The notes: a model not told the origin generated them from the letters alone. DNA of 32,000 bases from Opitutia bacterium KCR 482 (GCA_029269845.2 CP149973.1:90001-122000), one strand, 5' to 3'; positions 8,660 to 17,681 are shown, counted from the stretch's first letter. Made by a program: numbers and translations.

Positions 8660-10225
8660 TTACTGCTTGTTTTCGGAGAACTGTTTGTACTCCTCCTCCA
8701 TTTCGTCGTAGAGAATGTGCTCTTTGGGGGTGTTCGCCAAGAAGTGGCGGTAGAAGAAAAGCGCGTTGCGCTTGTCGCCCATGAGCTTGTATGTCCGCGC
8801 CAAATCGACCCAGATTTCGGGGTTGTTGGGGAATTTCTCGTGCGCAAGGTAGACCTTGTTGAGGAATTTCTCGTTGTTGAGAACTCTGCTTGCGTTGCGG
8901 AGGTAGAATAGGGTTGCGTCTATGTCGTCGGGGTTGCGTTTGTACGCCTCCGATGCCGCCATGTACGAGTCGTTGTGTTTGTCCGACATTTCGTAGGCTT
9001 TTGCGAGCGCGCGCCACGCGGCTTCGGGCGCGGAGTTTTCGGCGATGGCAAGATGCGCCGATTTTTCAGCCTCCGCGGCGTCTCCCTTTGCGATTGCGTC
9101 GTAGCATTTCTGGATAAGCGTGTCGTACTCCGAGGGCTTCGCGGGGGTGTCGGTTTCGTCCTTGATGTCGGTCTTCTGCTCTACGGGAGCGTCTTCGGCT
9201 TTTTCCTCGACGGCTTCGTTCTGGGTAAGGTCTTGCGGTTTGGAAGCGTCGGCTTCGGGCTTTGCTTCGGATTTTTCGCTTTCTGCCTTTTTTGCGTCTT
9301 CGGCGACCTTTTGGGCTTCGGCTTCCTTTGCCTTTTTTGCCTCCTCGGCAGCTTTAAGCTCTTCCGCTTTCTTTCTTTCGGCGTTCTTGATTGCCTCTTC
9401 CGCGGCTTTGAGCGAGTCTTTGAAGTCTTGGAGCTGCTTGCGGAGCTTGGGATATTTCTGGTCAATCTCGTTGGGCGCAATTTTGTCAAGCTCGTTGACT
9501 GCGGTGTCGAGCAGGGCGGTTTCCTTTTGCGCAAGGTAGACGGTAATCAGCCCCACGAGAATTTCCCTGCGCGTTTCGACGTTTTCGGGAAGCGTCGCCT
9601 TGAATGCGGCTTCGAGCCATTTGCGGGCTTGGATTGCGTTGCCCGTTTTCACGAAAAGGTTTCCGATTTTCGCGGCTTCCGCCGTGTTGGGGTTGCGTCC
9701 TGATACGCGAAGCCCCTCCATCATCGAGTTGAGGGCTTCGGGGTATTTTTCGAGCTTTTCGTAGCACGAGGCGAGGGCGCGGCGCGCGACGGGGTCGGCG
9801 GGTTTGATTTTCAGGTATTTTTCGTATGCCTTTGCGGCGGAGTCGAACGCTTTTGACTGTTCGTAGGCTTTTGCCGCGCTGATTTGAAGCTCCGCGTCGC
9901 CGCCTTTTTGCGCCGCCGCGTTTTCGAAGAACATAGCCGCGCTTGCGAGCTGTCCGTTTTGCATGTACGCGTATGCGAGGTTTTCGCAAAGTTCGGGGCG
10001 GCTGCCGCATTTCTGGTAGGTTTCTTCGAGCAGTTTGATTGCCTCCGCCGACTTGTTTTCGAACATGAGCACCTGCGCCCGGCGCACTGACAGTTCGCTT
10101 TGTTTTTTGTTTTCCGCCGCGATTTGTTCGGGCGATTTTTCGCCGCAGCCCGAAAGGAGCGCGACCGCCGCCGCCGTTGCGCAGAAAATCAGACAAATGT
10201 ACTTCGATGCTTGCATAAATTCCAA
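8660..10225 (-). CDS. TPR-repeat lipoprotein with central Lys/Glu-rich low-complexity linker
   Basis: 521 aa. Signal peptide with classical lipobox (ALLSGC). Multiple TPR-like A/Y/L-patterned helical pairs at both ends, and a KE/A-rich segment (KKAEELKAAEEAKKAKEAEAQK...). An alternative start at 10216 (MQASKY) is possible. Confidence 0.8.
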   Translation of the reverse strand: MEFMQASKYICLIFCATAAAVALLSGCGEKSPEQIAAENKKQSELSVRRAQVLMFENKSAEAIKLLEETYQKCGSRPELCENLAYAYMQNGQLASAAMFFENAAAQKGGDAELQISAAKAYEQSKAFDSAAKAYEKYLKIKPADPVARRALASCYEKLEKYPEALNSMMEGLRVSGRNPNTAEAAKIGNLFVKTGNAIQARKWLEAAFKATLPENVETRREILVGLITVYLAQKETALLDTAVNELDKIAPNEIDQKYPKLRKQLQDFKDSLKAAEEAIKNAERKKAEELKAAEEAKKAKEAEAQKVAEDAKKAESEKSEAKPEADASKPQDLTQNEAVEEKAEDAPVEQKTDIKDETDTPAKPSEYDTLIQKCYDAIAKGDAAEAEKSAHLAIAENSAPEAAWRALAKAYEMSDKHNDSYMAASEAYKRNPDDIDATLFYLRNASRVLNNEKFLNKVYLAHEKFPNNPEIWVDLARTYKLMGDKRNALFFYRHFLANTPKEHILYDEMEEEYKQFSENKQ

Positions 10226-10292
10226 AATTCGCTTTTATAACCCGATTAATTTTATTATTCAGCCAAATTTTTTTCGGCGGGGCAATATAATT

Positions 10293-11375
10293 ATGAAGAA
10301 ATACATCAAAAAACTTGCAATTTTTCAAGTGTTGGCGGCAATCGGCATTGCTTCGCTGTCCGCCCAGACGCCCGACGCGCCTCGACAGACCGCCGCCGAC
10401 CGCCTAAACGACACGCTTTTCGAATGCCGCGTTCCCGGCTTCGCCCAATCAAATTACGACAGGGCGGTTTCGGTTTTGTTCTCGGCTTTCGAGAGGGAAT
10501 CTGGCGAGAAAATCGCGCCCGCCTCGAAGGGCAGGGTGGGGCTTAAAATCTACACGAATTCGGGGGTGGGAATGTGCACGCCGCGCGCGCTTGTAGACGC
10601 GGTGGTGTCGCAGCTCGAAAAGCGCGGCTACAAGCGCGAGAACATCACGCTTGTCGATATGAGCCGCCGCAAAATGCGCGACTGCGGATTCCTCCCGCGC
10701 GTCTCCGCCCTCCAAAACGGCACGCCCGACAACTACAAAGGCTCGCCGGTAGCAGACATCGAAAGCGGCAAATTCTTCGACAAAAACTGGTACTACGACA
10801 ATTCGCTTATGCCGAAGTCGATGAAAAACATCAACATGTCGTCCGACCTCTACAACCCCGAACTGCGCAAAAGCTACCTGCCCGTGCCGCTTTTCCTGAC
10901 TGTCGATTTTTGGATTAACCTGCCCGTCATCACCGACATGGAGGGCTTGGGCGTGTGCGCTGCAATCGGCAACGCGAGCATTTGGAACATGTCGAACAAC
11001 GAGAGGTTTTTGAAACAGCCCGCGAACGCGTCGATGGCGGCGGCGGAAGTGTCGGCGATTCCCGAACTGCACTCGTCGAACCTGCTTACGATTCTGTCGT
11101 ACGAGCGCGGGCAGTTCGTTGGCGGGGCGATATTCAATTCGCGCTGCTCGTTTTCCGAAAACACAATTTTGATGAGCTCGAATCCCGTCGTCATAGACTA
11201 CTTGGCGTGGAACACAATCAACAAGTACCGCCGCAGCTTCGGCTTTGCGCCGATAGACCCCATGCCGCCGCTTCTGAACTACTGCAAAGAGCTTAAAATA
11301 GGAGATTACGACATGCGCAAAATCAGGCGCGTGAACGTGCCCTACGCGCCCGCAAAAACGAAATCGGGGAAATAA
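10293..11375 (+). CDS. exported hypothetical protein, DUF362-like fold suspected
   Basis: I place the start at MKKYIKKLAIFQVLAAIGIASLSAQ (10293) rather than the track's 10035, which would overlap the divergent TPR gene. The pattern GRVGLKIYTN...TPRALVDAVVSQLEKRGY..ITLVD and a later DFWINLPVITDMEGLG..AIGN block resemble DUF362-family layout from memory. The function call is weak. Confidence 0.55.
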   Translation: MKKYIKKLAIFQVLAAIGIASLSAQTPDAPRQTAADRLNDTLFECRVPGFAQSNYDRAVSVLFSAFERESGEKIAPASKGRVGLKIYTNSGVGMCTPRALVDAVVSQLEKRGYKRENITLVDMSRRKMRDCGFLPRVSALQNGTPDNYKGSPVADIESGKFFDKNWYYDNSLMPKSMKNINMSSDLYNPELRKSYLPVPLFLTVDFWINLPVITDMEGLGVCAAIGNASIWNMSNNERFLKQPANASMAAAEVSAIPELHSSNLLTILSYERGQFVGGAIFNSRCSFSENTILMSSNPVVIDYLAWNTINKYRRSFGFAPIDPMPPLLNYCKELKIGDYDMRKIRRVNVPYAPAKTKSGK

Positions 11376-11378
11376 GCC

Positions 11379-11912
11379 GTGGCGGACGACATTTTCGACA
11401 TTGTGGACATGTCCGACGGCGTCGTCGGGAACGCGCCGCGCTCGGTCGTCCACGCGAAGGGGCTTTTGCACAGGGCGTCGCACGTTCTGATGTTCAGGGG
11501 CGCGGGGGCTTCGCGCGAAATACTCCTGCAAAAACGCTCGATGAGCAAGGATTTGTACCCCGGAATCTACACAACGTCGTGCTCCGGACACGTCGATAGC
11601 GGCGAAGACTACGATACCGCCGCAGTCCGCGAAATGCGGGAGGAAACGGGGCTTTCGGTAGACATCTCTCGGCTCGAAAAAATCGGCAAAATTTCGCCCT
11701 GCGCCGAGACGGGCAACGAATTCACTTTCGTCTACGAGATGGAGTGCGACGGCTCGGAAAAATTCGAAATTCCGCCCGACGAAGTGGCGTCGCTCGACTG
11801 GGTGAAAGTGTCCGATTTCGGGCGCATGATTGCCGAAACTCCGCAAAACTTCACGCCGTCGTTTTTGCGCGTCTACAAATTTTATTTGTCGAAACGGCAA
11901 AAAACGCTTTAA
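11379..11912 (+). CDS. NUDIX hydrolase
   Basis: 177 aa, GTG start 3 nt after the previous stop. Complete Nudix box GHVDSGEDYDTAAVREMREETGL (GX5EX7REUXEEXGU). Confidence 0.8.
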   Translation: MADDIFDIVDMSDGVVGNAPRSVVHAKGLLHRASHVLMFRGAGASREILLQKRSMSKDLYPGIYTTSCSGHVDSGEDYDTAAVREMREETGLSVDISRLEKIGKISPCAETGNEFTFVYEMECDGSEKFEIPPDEVASLDWVKVSDFGRMIAETPQNFTPSFLRVYKFYLSKRQKTL

Positions 11913-11936
11913 TTCGAAAATTTCAACATAGCAAAA

Positions 11937-13262
11937 ATGAGTAAAGTAAGAGTAAGATTTGCCCCCAGCCCGACGGGCTTTTTCCATATCGGCAGCGCGC
12001 GCACCGCGCTCTTTAACTGGCTGTACGCCAAGCACACGGGCGGAACGTTCGTGCTGAGAATAGAGGACACCGACGAAGAGCGCAATTCGGTGGAATACCT
12101 CAACATTCTCAAAGACGGAATGAAGTGGCTCGGTCTGGATTGGGACGAAGGCCCCGATGTCGGCGGCAACTACGGCCCGTATTTCCAGAGCAAACGCGCC
12201 GACATTTACAGGGAATACCTCGAACTCCTCCGCAAAAAAGGCCGCGCGTACGACAAGGACGGCGCGGTGTTTTTCAAGGTTTCGGGCGAGGCGCAGGTGC
12301 TCCACGACGCCGTTTACGGAGACGTCGAGCGCACCGAGGAAAAAGACTTCCCGATTTTCCGCTCTAACGGAACTCCCGTGTTCCACTTTGTGAATGTCGT
12401 TGACGACATCTGCATGGAAATCACAAACGTCATCAGAGGTCAGGACCACCTTACGAACACCAACAAACACATCGAACTCTTCAAGGCGTTCGACGCCCCC
12501 ATGCCGCAGTTTGCGCACATTCCGCTGATTCTCAAAAGCGAGGGGCAGGGCAAGATGAGCAAGCGCGACAGAGGCGCGCTCATCGAGGAATATCAGGAAA
12601 AGAACTTCATGCCCGAAGCCGTCCGCAACTACCTTTGCATGCTCGGCTGGAATCCGAAAAACGGCAAGGAGGTAATGCCAATCGAAGAGATTATAGAGCT
12701 GTTCGACTTTTCGGGAATCGTCAAGAGCAACGCGCGCTTCGACGAGCGCAAAATGGCGCACTTCAACACCGAACATATCCGCGCCCTTCCGCCCGCAAAA
12801 TTCCACGAGCTTGCCCGCCGCGCAATGGCGACCGAAAGCAAGGTCGATTTGGGTACGGACGAAGAATATATCGGCAAGGTTTTCGACCTTTGCCAGCCGA
12901 AAGCCGCCAACATGGAGGGGCTGCCCTCGATGGTCGAATACTTCTTTACCGAAGACTACCCGTTCGACACGGCGGGGCGGGAAAAGGTCTTCAAGAAGGG
13001 CGAACCGCTCGCGCGTCTCGACGAAGCCCTCGAACTCTTCAAAAAGCTCGAAAAATTCGACCACGACTCCATTTACAACGCCGTTTGCGAAATGGCGGAA
13101 AAGGCGGGGCGCAAGTCGAACGAATACTTCCAGATTGTCCGCTACGCCGTAACCGGACAGGCGGGCGGCCCCGACCTCTTCCCGATGCTCGAAATCTTGG
13201 GCAGGGACAAGGTTGTCGCAAGAATAGAGGCGGCAAAGCCGAAGCTTGCACAGGGCGCGTAG
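11937..13262 (+). CDS. gltX: glutamate--tRNA ligase
   Basis: 441 aa. Class I signatures: RFAPSPTGFFHIGSARTALFNW (HIGH region), LRIEDTD and KMSKR. Overall GluRS layout, somewhat short at the C-terminus. Confidence 0.9.
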   Translation: MSKVRVRFAPSPTGFFHIGSARTALFNWLYAKHTGGTFVLRIEDTDEERNSVEYLNILKDGMKWLGLDWDEGPDVGGNYGPYFQSKRADIYREYLELLRKKGRAYDKDGAVFFKVSGEAQVLHDAVYGDVERTEEKDFPIFRSNGTPVFHFVNVVDDICMEITNVIRGQDHLTNTNKHIELFKAFDAPMPQFAHIPLILKSEGQGKMSKRDRGALIEEYQEKNFMPEAVRNYLCMLGWNPKNGKEVMPIEEIIELFDFSGIVKSNARFDERKMAHFNTEHIRALPPAKFHELARRAMATESKVDLGTDEEYIGKVFDLCQPKAANMEGLPSMVEYFFTEDYPFDTAGREKVFKKGEPLARLDEALELFKKLEKFDHDSIYNAVCEMAEKAGRKSNEYFQIVRYAVTGQAGGPDLFPMLEILGRDKVVARIEAAKPKLAQGA

Positions 13263-13286
13263 GCAAAAAATTCCGAAATTTTTGCG

Positions 13287-13320
13287 GACGGCGCGGATTT
13301 TTCCGCGCCGTCTTTTTTTT
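13287..13320 (+). terminator. rho-independent terminator downstream of gltX
   Basis: GACGGCGCGG-attttt-CCGCGCCGTC, a perfect 10-bp stem, followed by T8 (13313-13320). Confidence 0.85.
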
Positions 13321-13528
13321 CGAGTTATGAAACTGCCGAAAGCGCCGCAAATGCGGCTCGGCGGCGCGGGGGAGTTAACGGGCATAGTCGGCGGAAATTT
13401 CCGATTTTGCGGATATTTTGCAAATTCGGGACGAGTTTGTTGTTGACAATTCACGGACTGACCCTTTTTTTGTTATCATATTAATCTTAACCCATATTAC
13501 AATACACATTAAGGAGAGAAATAAAAAA

Positions 13529-14626
13529 ATGAAAAAGGCACTGCTAATGTCTCTAATAGCGGGCGCGGCGGCGGTTTCCGCAACTGCCGCAACCGTTAGC
13601 GAAGTAAGCTCGCCCATCACCGAAGGCACGACGTTTGTCGGCGAGCAGGTGTTCGAAGGCCAGCTTGAAATCAATCAGGTTTTGCTCCAAATCGGCACGC
13701 AAGACGGCTCGCAGACGGGCGTCCTTACAATCAAAAATGCGACCGACCCTCTCGCAAACAAAGGCAGAATTCAGGTAAACAAGGGCAGCACGCTCTACGT
13801 CTATACGGGTAATAACCCCGGTTGGAGTACGGCGTCGAAAGGCCAGCGCATAGACATTTACGGCACGGTTGAAACCGCGTACGGAACAAATTCGGCGCAA
13901 ATTCCCACCGACACCAACGGCTACAACCTTGAAGTCGTCGGTTCCGGCAACGAAATGCGCGTGTTTGACGGCGGCGTTCTCAACTTCAAAAACGGCTCGA
14001 TGAGGCTCAGGGACGGCGGGATTATAAACCTCAAAGAAGGTTCAAAAACAACGGTCGGAAGAATAATTTTCGGCGGCACCGGCGCTAAGCTTATCATCGG
14101 CGCCAACGACGTTCTTTCGACGGCAAGCGGCGGCAAACCAAGCATTGTTCTCGGTTCGGCAACAAGGGGCATTATCGACGTTTCGGCGACGACAGATTTG
14201 AAGCTCGGCAATATCCAATTTCAGGGTAGGTCGTCGCTTACAATCAACTTGTCCGCCACGCACGGTCTGCTCACTGCCGCAAAGCTCGACGTAAACGAAG
14301 TAAATACCTACCCGTTCGACGGAACGGAATCGCTTATTCTTAACGATTTCGTAAACGACACGTTCAAAATCAACGACACAAGCAACATTGAACTTGTAGG
14401 CGATGCCCTCCTGAAAATCACGAAACTCGGCAATACTTCCGTCGTAAAAAACATTAAGCTTGTAGCATACGACAAGGACGGCAAAACGCTTTGCGGAGAA
14501 GGCGAACACTGGGAAATCCAGAACGGATTCCTCAACATCGTTTCAAACATTCCCGAACCCGCCGAATGGGCGGCGATTTTCGGCGGCATCGCGCTCGCGC
14601 TTGCGCTCTACCGCAGACGCCGTTAA
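13529..14626 (+). CDS. PEP-CTERM-anchored secreted protein, beta-helix/autotransporter-repeat-like
   Basis: Start chosen at MKKALLMSLIAGAAAVSA (13529), preceded by AAGGAG (13511-13516). The C-terminus IPEPAEWAAIFGGIALALALYRRRR is a canonical PEP-CTERM sorting signal (PEP motif, TM helix, Arg cluster). The body is G/N/T/S-rich with short beta-strand periodicity. Confidence 0.85.
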   Translation: MKKALLMSLIAGAAAVSATAATVSEVSSPITEGTTFVGEQVFEGQLEINQVLLQIGTQDGSQTGVLTIKNATDPLANKGRIQVNKGSTLYVYTGNNPGWSTASKGQRIDIYGTVETAYGTNSAQIPTDTNGYNLEVVGSGNEMRVFDGGVLNFKNGSMRLRDGGIINLKEGSKTTVGRIIFGGTGAKLIIGANDVLSTASGGKPSIVLGSATRGIIDVSATTDLKLGNIQFQGRSSLTINLSATHGLLTAAKLDVNEVNTYPFDGTESLILNDFVNDTFKINDTSNIELVGDALLKITKLGNTSVVKNIKLVAYDKDGKTLCGEGEHWEIQNGFLNIVSNIPEPAEWAAIFGGIALALALYRRRR

Positions 14627-14647
14627 TCCGGAATTTTTCTCATGGTC

Positions 14648-14681
14648 AAAGCCCGCATTTCGGCGGGCTTTTTTTATTTTT
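14648..14681 (+). terminator. rho-independent terminator downstream of the PEP-CTERM gene
   Basis: AAAGCCCGC-atttcg-GCGGGCTTT followed by TTTTTATTTTT. Confidence 0.8.
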
Positions 14682-14775
14682 GCGCGCAACTCATTCTGCT
14701 TGCGTTTGTCAAAATATAATACATTAATAGTGGAAATTTTTTCATAAGCGTTTCCGCGCCCACTACTCTGTAAAA

Positions 14776-16317
14776 ATGAATTTAGAAATATTTGACTGGA
14801 ACTCCATTGTCCTCGGCGTCTTGGCGGCGTGCCTGTTTGCCGAGTGCATCATTCTGGTGGTGCGGGTAAATTCGCTCCGCAACAAAATGGAGTCGGAGGC
14901 GGAAACAATCAGAAACGACGAACTTGTCAAATACGAGAAAAAGCGCAACGAGCTTGAAATGCTCCTGAAAGAGCGCGAAATCGAGATGAAGTCGGAGTAC
15001 GAGGACATGCTTTCGCTCGCCCGCGTCGCCAAGCGCGAGCAGGACGAAAAGCTCGCCGAGGCGAAAATCCGCGTCCAAAACGCCGAACGCGCCGCCGAAC
15101 GCGCCGACGCCGAATTTACGCGCTTCGCAAAAATGAAGGAGGACTACCGCAGGAAGTCGGAGGAATATGCCGTCAAACTCGCGCAGCTTGCAAAGCTCGA
15201 CATCGAGGACATTCGCGGCGACGCCAAGCGCGAAATCGAAAAGAAGTGCGTGGAAGACCTCGCCCTCTACCGCTCGGCACTCCTCGAAAAATCGAAAAAA
15301 GACGCGGACGACGCCGCGCAGCGCATTTTGGTTGACGCCATGCAGCGCATCGCAACCTCTCTTCCGCAGTCCGTTCAGGCGTGCGCCGTAAAAATTCCCG
15401 ACGACGCCATGAAAGGCAGGCTCATCGGCAGGGAGGGGCGCAATATCCGTTCGTTCGAGGCGGCTACGGGAACGACGCTCGTAATCGACGAAACGCCCGA
15501 CAGCGTTTCGGTGTCGTCGTTCAATCCCGTCCGCAGGGAGGCCGCAAAAATCGCGCTCGAAGCGTTGATAGCCGACGGCAGAATCAACCCCGCGTCAATC
15601 GAGCATGCGGCGGAGTCGGCAAAGAAAAACATGGAGCAGCACGTCTACGACATCGGCTCGAAAGCCGCCGAAGATCTCGGCTTGGCGCGTGTGCACCCCG
15701 ACGTTTTGGCGACTTTGGGCAGGCTCTCTTTCCACCTTTCGCTCAACCAGAATACCCTTGCGCATTCCGTCGAAACCGCGAAACTCTGCGCGCTTATCGC
15801 GGCGGAATTGAACTGCGACACCTCGATTGCAAAGCGCGTGGGGCTTTTCCACGACATCGGCAAGGCTCTGCCCGATTCTGACTTGTCGCACGCAAAGGCG
15901 GGGGCGGCGTTGCTTGCGCATTCGGGAGAGTCGGACACTGTTGTGAACGCGGTGGAATCGCACCACGGTGAAGTGGGAGCGGCGAGCGTATACTCGGTGA
16001 TTTTGCGCGTGGCGGACACCCTTTCGGCGACGCGACCGGGGGCGAGAATGGAGGCGACCGAGGGCTATATCCGCCGAATCAAGACGCTAGAAAGCATCGC
16101 GCTTGAATTCGACGGCGTGGCGGGCGCGTACGTTTTGCAGGCGGGGCGCGAACTGCGCGTCGTAGTTTCGCCCGACGCCGTAAGCGACGTCGAGGCGCAG
16201 GAAATTGCGGGAAAAATCCGCAGAAAGATAGAGGAGACGGTAGACAACGCCCTCGCCGTAAAAATCACCCTCATACGCGAACAACGCTTTACCGAATTCG
16301 CAAAATCCAAAGTGTAG
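14776..16317 (+). CDS. rny: ribonuclease Y
   Basis: 513 aa. N-terminal TM helix, long charged coiled-coil, KH domain (GRLIGREGRNIRSFEAATG) and HD domain (LAHSVETA...FHDIGKA...VESHHG). This is the standard RNase Y architecture. Confidence 0.9.
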   Translation: MNLEIFDWNSIVLGVLAACLFAECIILVVRVNSLRNKMESEAETIRNDELVKYEKKRNELEMLLKEREIEMKSEYEDMLSLARVAKREQDEKLAEAKIRVQNAERAAERADAEFTRFAKMKEDYRRKSEEYAVKLAQLAKLDIEDIRGDAKREIEKKCVEDLALYRSALLEKSKKDADDAAQRILVDAMQRIATSLPQSVQACAVKIPDDAMKGRLIGREGRNIRSFEAATGTTLVIDETPDSVSVSSFNPVRREAAKIALEALIADGRINPASIEHAAESAKKNMEQHVYDIGSKAAEDLGLARVHPDVLATLGRLSFHLSLNQNTLAHSVETAKLCALIAAELNCDTSIAKRVGLFHDIGKALPDSDLSHAKAGAALLAHSGESDTVVNAVESHHGEVGAASVYSVILRVADTLSATRPGARMEATEGYIRRIKTLESIALEFDGVAGAYVLQAGRELRVVVSPDAVSDVEAQEIAGKIRRKIEETVDNALAVKITLIREQRFTEFAKSKV

Positions 16318-16369
16318 CCGACTATTTTCGGCATTTGATTCAATTTCAAGTAAAACACAAACGCCGCGC

Positions 16370-16403
16370 GGAACATGCGCGGCGTTTTTCATTTAGCACT
16401 GTG
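16370..16403. terminator. bidirectional intrinsic terminator between convergent rny and GH43 genes
   Basis: ACGCCGCGC-ggaacat-GCGCGGCGT is followed by TTTTCATTT on the plus strand. The reverse strand reads the same stem followed by TTGTGTTTT. A further T9 run lies at 16421-16429. Confidence 0.7.
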
Positions 16404-16497
16404 CCGGCGCGTTTTTTTTTGATTCGGGTAATTTAGCTTATTTTTGAATCGCGCAGGTGTCGGGGCTTTTGGTTCCTGCGCCGCGCCGGCGCGGCGG

Positions 16498-17514
16498 CTA
16501 TTTCAGCGGGCGCGGCTCGACGCCCTGTTCTGTCATCTTTACGGGCAGGATTTTGCCGTCGGCGTCGAAAAACATTTTGTCTATGCAGACAACGCGGTGG
16601 TGTGTGCCGCGGTTCGGAATGGGGCGGCGGTGGTAGCAGATGTACCAGTCGTCGGTGTTCGGAATGTTTACAACGCTGTGGTGTCCCGCGCCCGTCGCAA
16701 GCGGGCGTTCCGATTCCAAGACAGTGCCGAGCCTTTTGAACGGCCCGAACGGCGTGTCGGCAATGCCGTAGGCAACCTTGTAGTTGTTGCCCGCCCACAC
16801 GCCTTCCGACCACATGAAATACCACTTTCCCCTGCGCTCGAACATCACCGAGCCTTCCGTGTAGCCTTCGGGGGTGATGTCTTTGTAGATAGAGCCGTCG
16901 GGCAGCTTGTCGAGCGATTTGAAGTCGTCGGCAAGTTTTACGATATTGCATTTTCCCCAACCGCCGTATGTCATGTAGTATGAATTTTTGTATTCGAAAA
17001 CATACTGGTCGATAGGCTGCGCCCCGTTGTAAAATTCGTCCACAAGCGGCTTGCCGATGAGGTCTTTGTACGGGCCTTCGGGCTTGTCGGCGACCCCGAC
17101 GCCGATTCCGCCGTATTCGCGCTCTCCGAATTTGCGTTTTGCCATGTTGCCGTTTTTTTTGTCGACGGGGGTTGCGTCGTTGCAGGCAAAAAACAGAAAG
17201 TATTTGCCGTCTTTTTCAATTGAATCGGGCGCCCAGAGGGCGCGTTTGAGCCACTTTACTTCGTCTGCGGTGATTATGTTTTTGTGGTGTGTCCACGTTG
17301 CCATGTCGGGCGACGAAAAGCAGTCAAGGAAAACCTGTTTGTCGTAGGCGTCGGAGTATGTCGCGTAAATCCAGTACTGCCCGTTGTAGATTCTTATTTG
17401 CGGGTCGGCGTACCAGCCGCCTATGGCGGGGTTGCGCGTAGTTTTTGTCCCGCCGAATGCGCATGCGCAAAGTGTGCAGGCAATCGCAAGAATTTTCAAT
17501 GTGTGTTTTTTCAT
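16498..17514 (-). CDS. glycoside hydrolase family 43 (beta-xylosidase/alpha-L-arabinofuranosidase-like), secreted
   Basis: 338 aa. Signal peptide with Cys (CTLCAC). GH43 five-bladed-propeller hallmarks: NP.IGGWYADPQI..., LWAPDSIEKDGKYFLFF, TEGSVMFERRGKWYFMWS. Confidence 0.85.
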   Translation of the reverse strand: MKKHTLKILAIACTLCACAFGGTKTTRNPAIGGWYADPQIRIYNGQYWIYATYSDAYDKQVFLDCFSSPDMATWTHHKNIITADEVKWLKRALWAPDSIEKDGKYFLFFACNDATPVDKKNGNMAKRKFGEREYGGIGVGVADKPEGPYKDLIGKPLVDEFYNGAQPIDQYVFEYKNSYYMTYGGWGKCNIVKLADDFKSLDKLPDGSIYKDITPEGYTEGSVMFERRGKWYFMWSEGVWAGNNYKVAYGIADTPFGPFKRLGTVLESERPLATGAGHHSVVNIPNTDDWYICYHRRPIPNRGTHHRVVCIDKMFFDADGKILPVKMTEQGVEPRPLK

Positions 17515-17632
17515 GGGGAATTTTTCTACCGTACCCTCCGATTTCTTGCAAGCATGAAAGCAAGAGCGGACGCCGCATTTTTTGAGGAGTCGGCGAGCCT
17601 CCGCAAGTCGCGGTGCTCCGCCGCGCGGGGCG

Positions 17633-17664
17633 CAAAAAAAAAGGACGCCCGAAATCGGGCGTCC
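17633..17664 (-). terminator. rho-independent terminator downstream of glnN
   Basis: The minus strand reads GGGACGCCCGAtttcGGGCGTCC followed by T9 (complement of A-run 17633-17641). It begins about 18 nt after the glnN stop. Confidence 0.85.
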
Positions 17665-17681
17665 CTGCGGATAGATGGAGA

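Noticed and set aside
10035-10292. Upstream extension of the DUF362-like ORF (track start 10035); the same applies to the 13418 and 27750 track starts and the 31513 start of the integrase
   Set aside because: The extensions overlap divergent genes or AT-rich intergenic DNA and encode implausible N-termini. Internal Met codons give canonical signal peptides, lipoboxes or a sensible integrase N-terminus.
10449-13454. 1001-aa minus-strand ORF, the longest uncharacterised ORF in the track
   Set aside because: It is antisense to three well-supported plus-strand genes (DUF362-like, NUDIX with an intact Nudix box, gltX with HIGH/KMSKR). The translation is Arg/Val/Phe-rich low-information sequence with no motifs. 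This is the typical stop-poor antisense frame of GC-rich coding DNA.
17523-17551. TTGCAA-N17-TAGAAA sigma-70-like promoter (minus strand) upstream of the GH43 gene
   Set aside because: The spacing is right, but the -10 is weak and it would place the TSS within a few nt of the ATG. Promoter consensus for this lineage is unknown, so it is too speculative to list as a feature.
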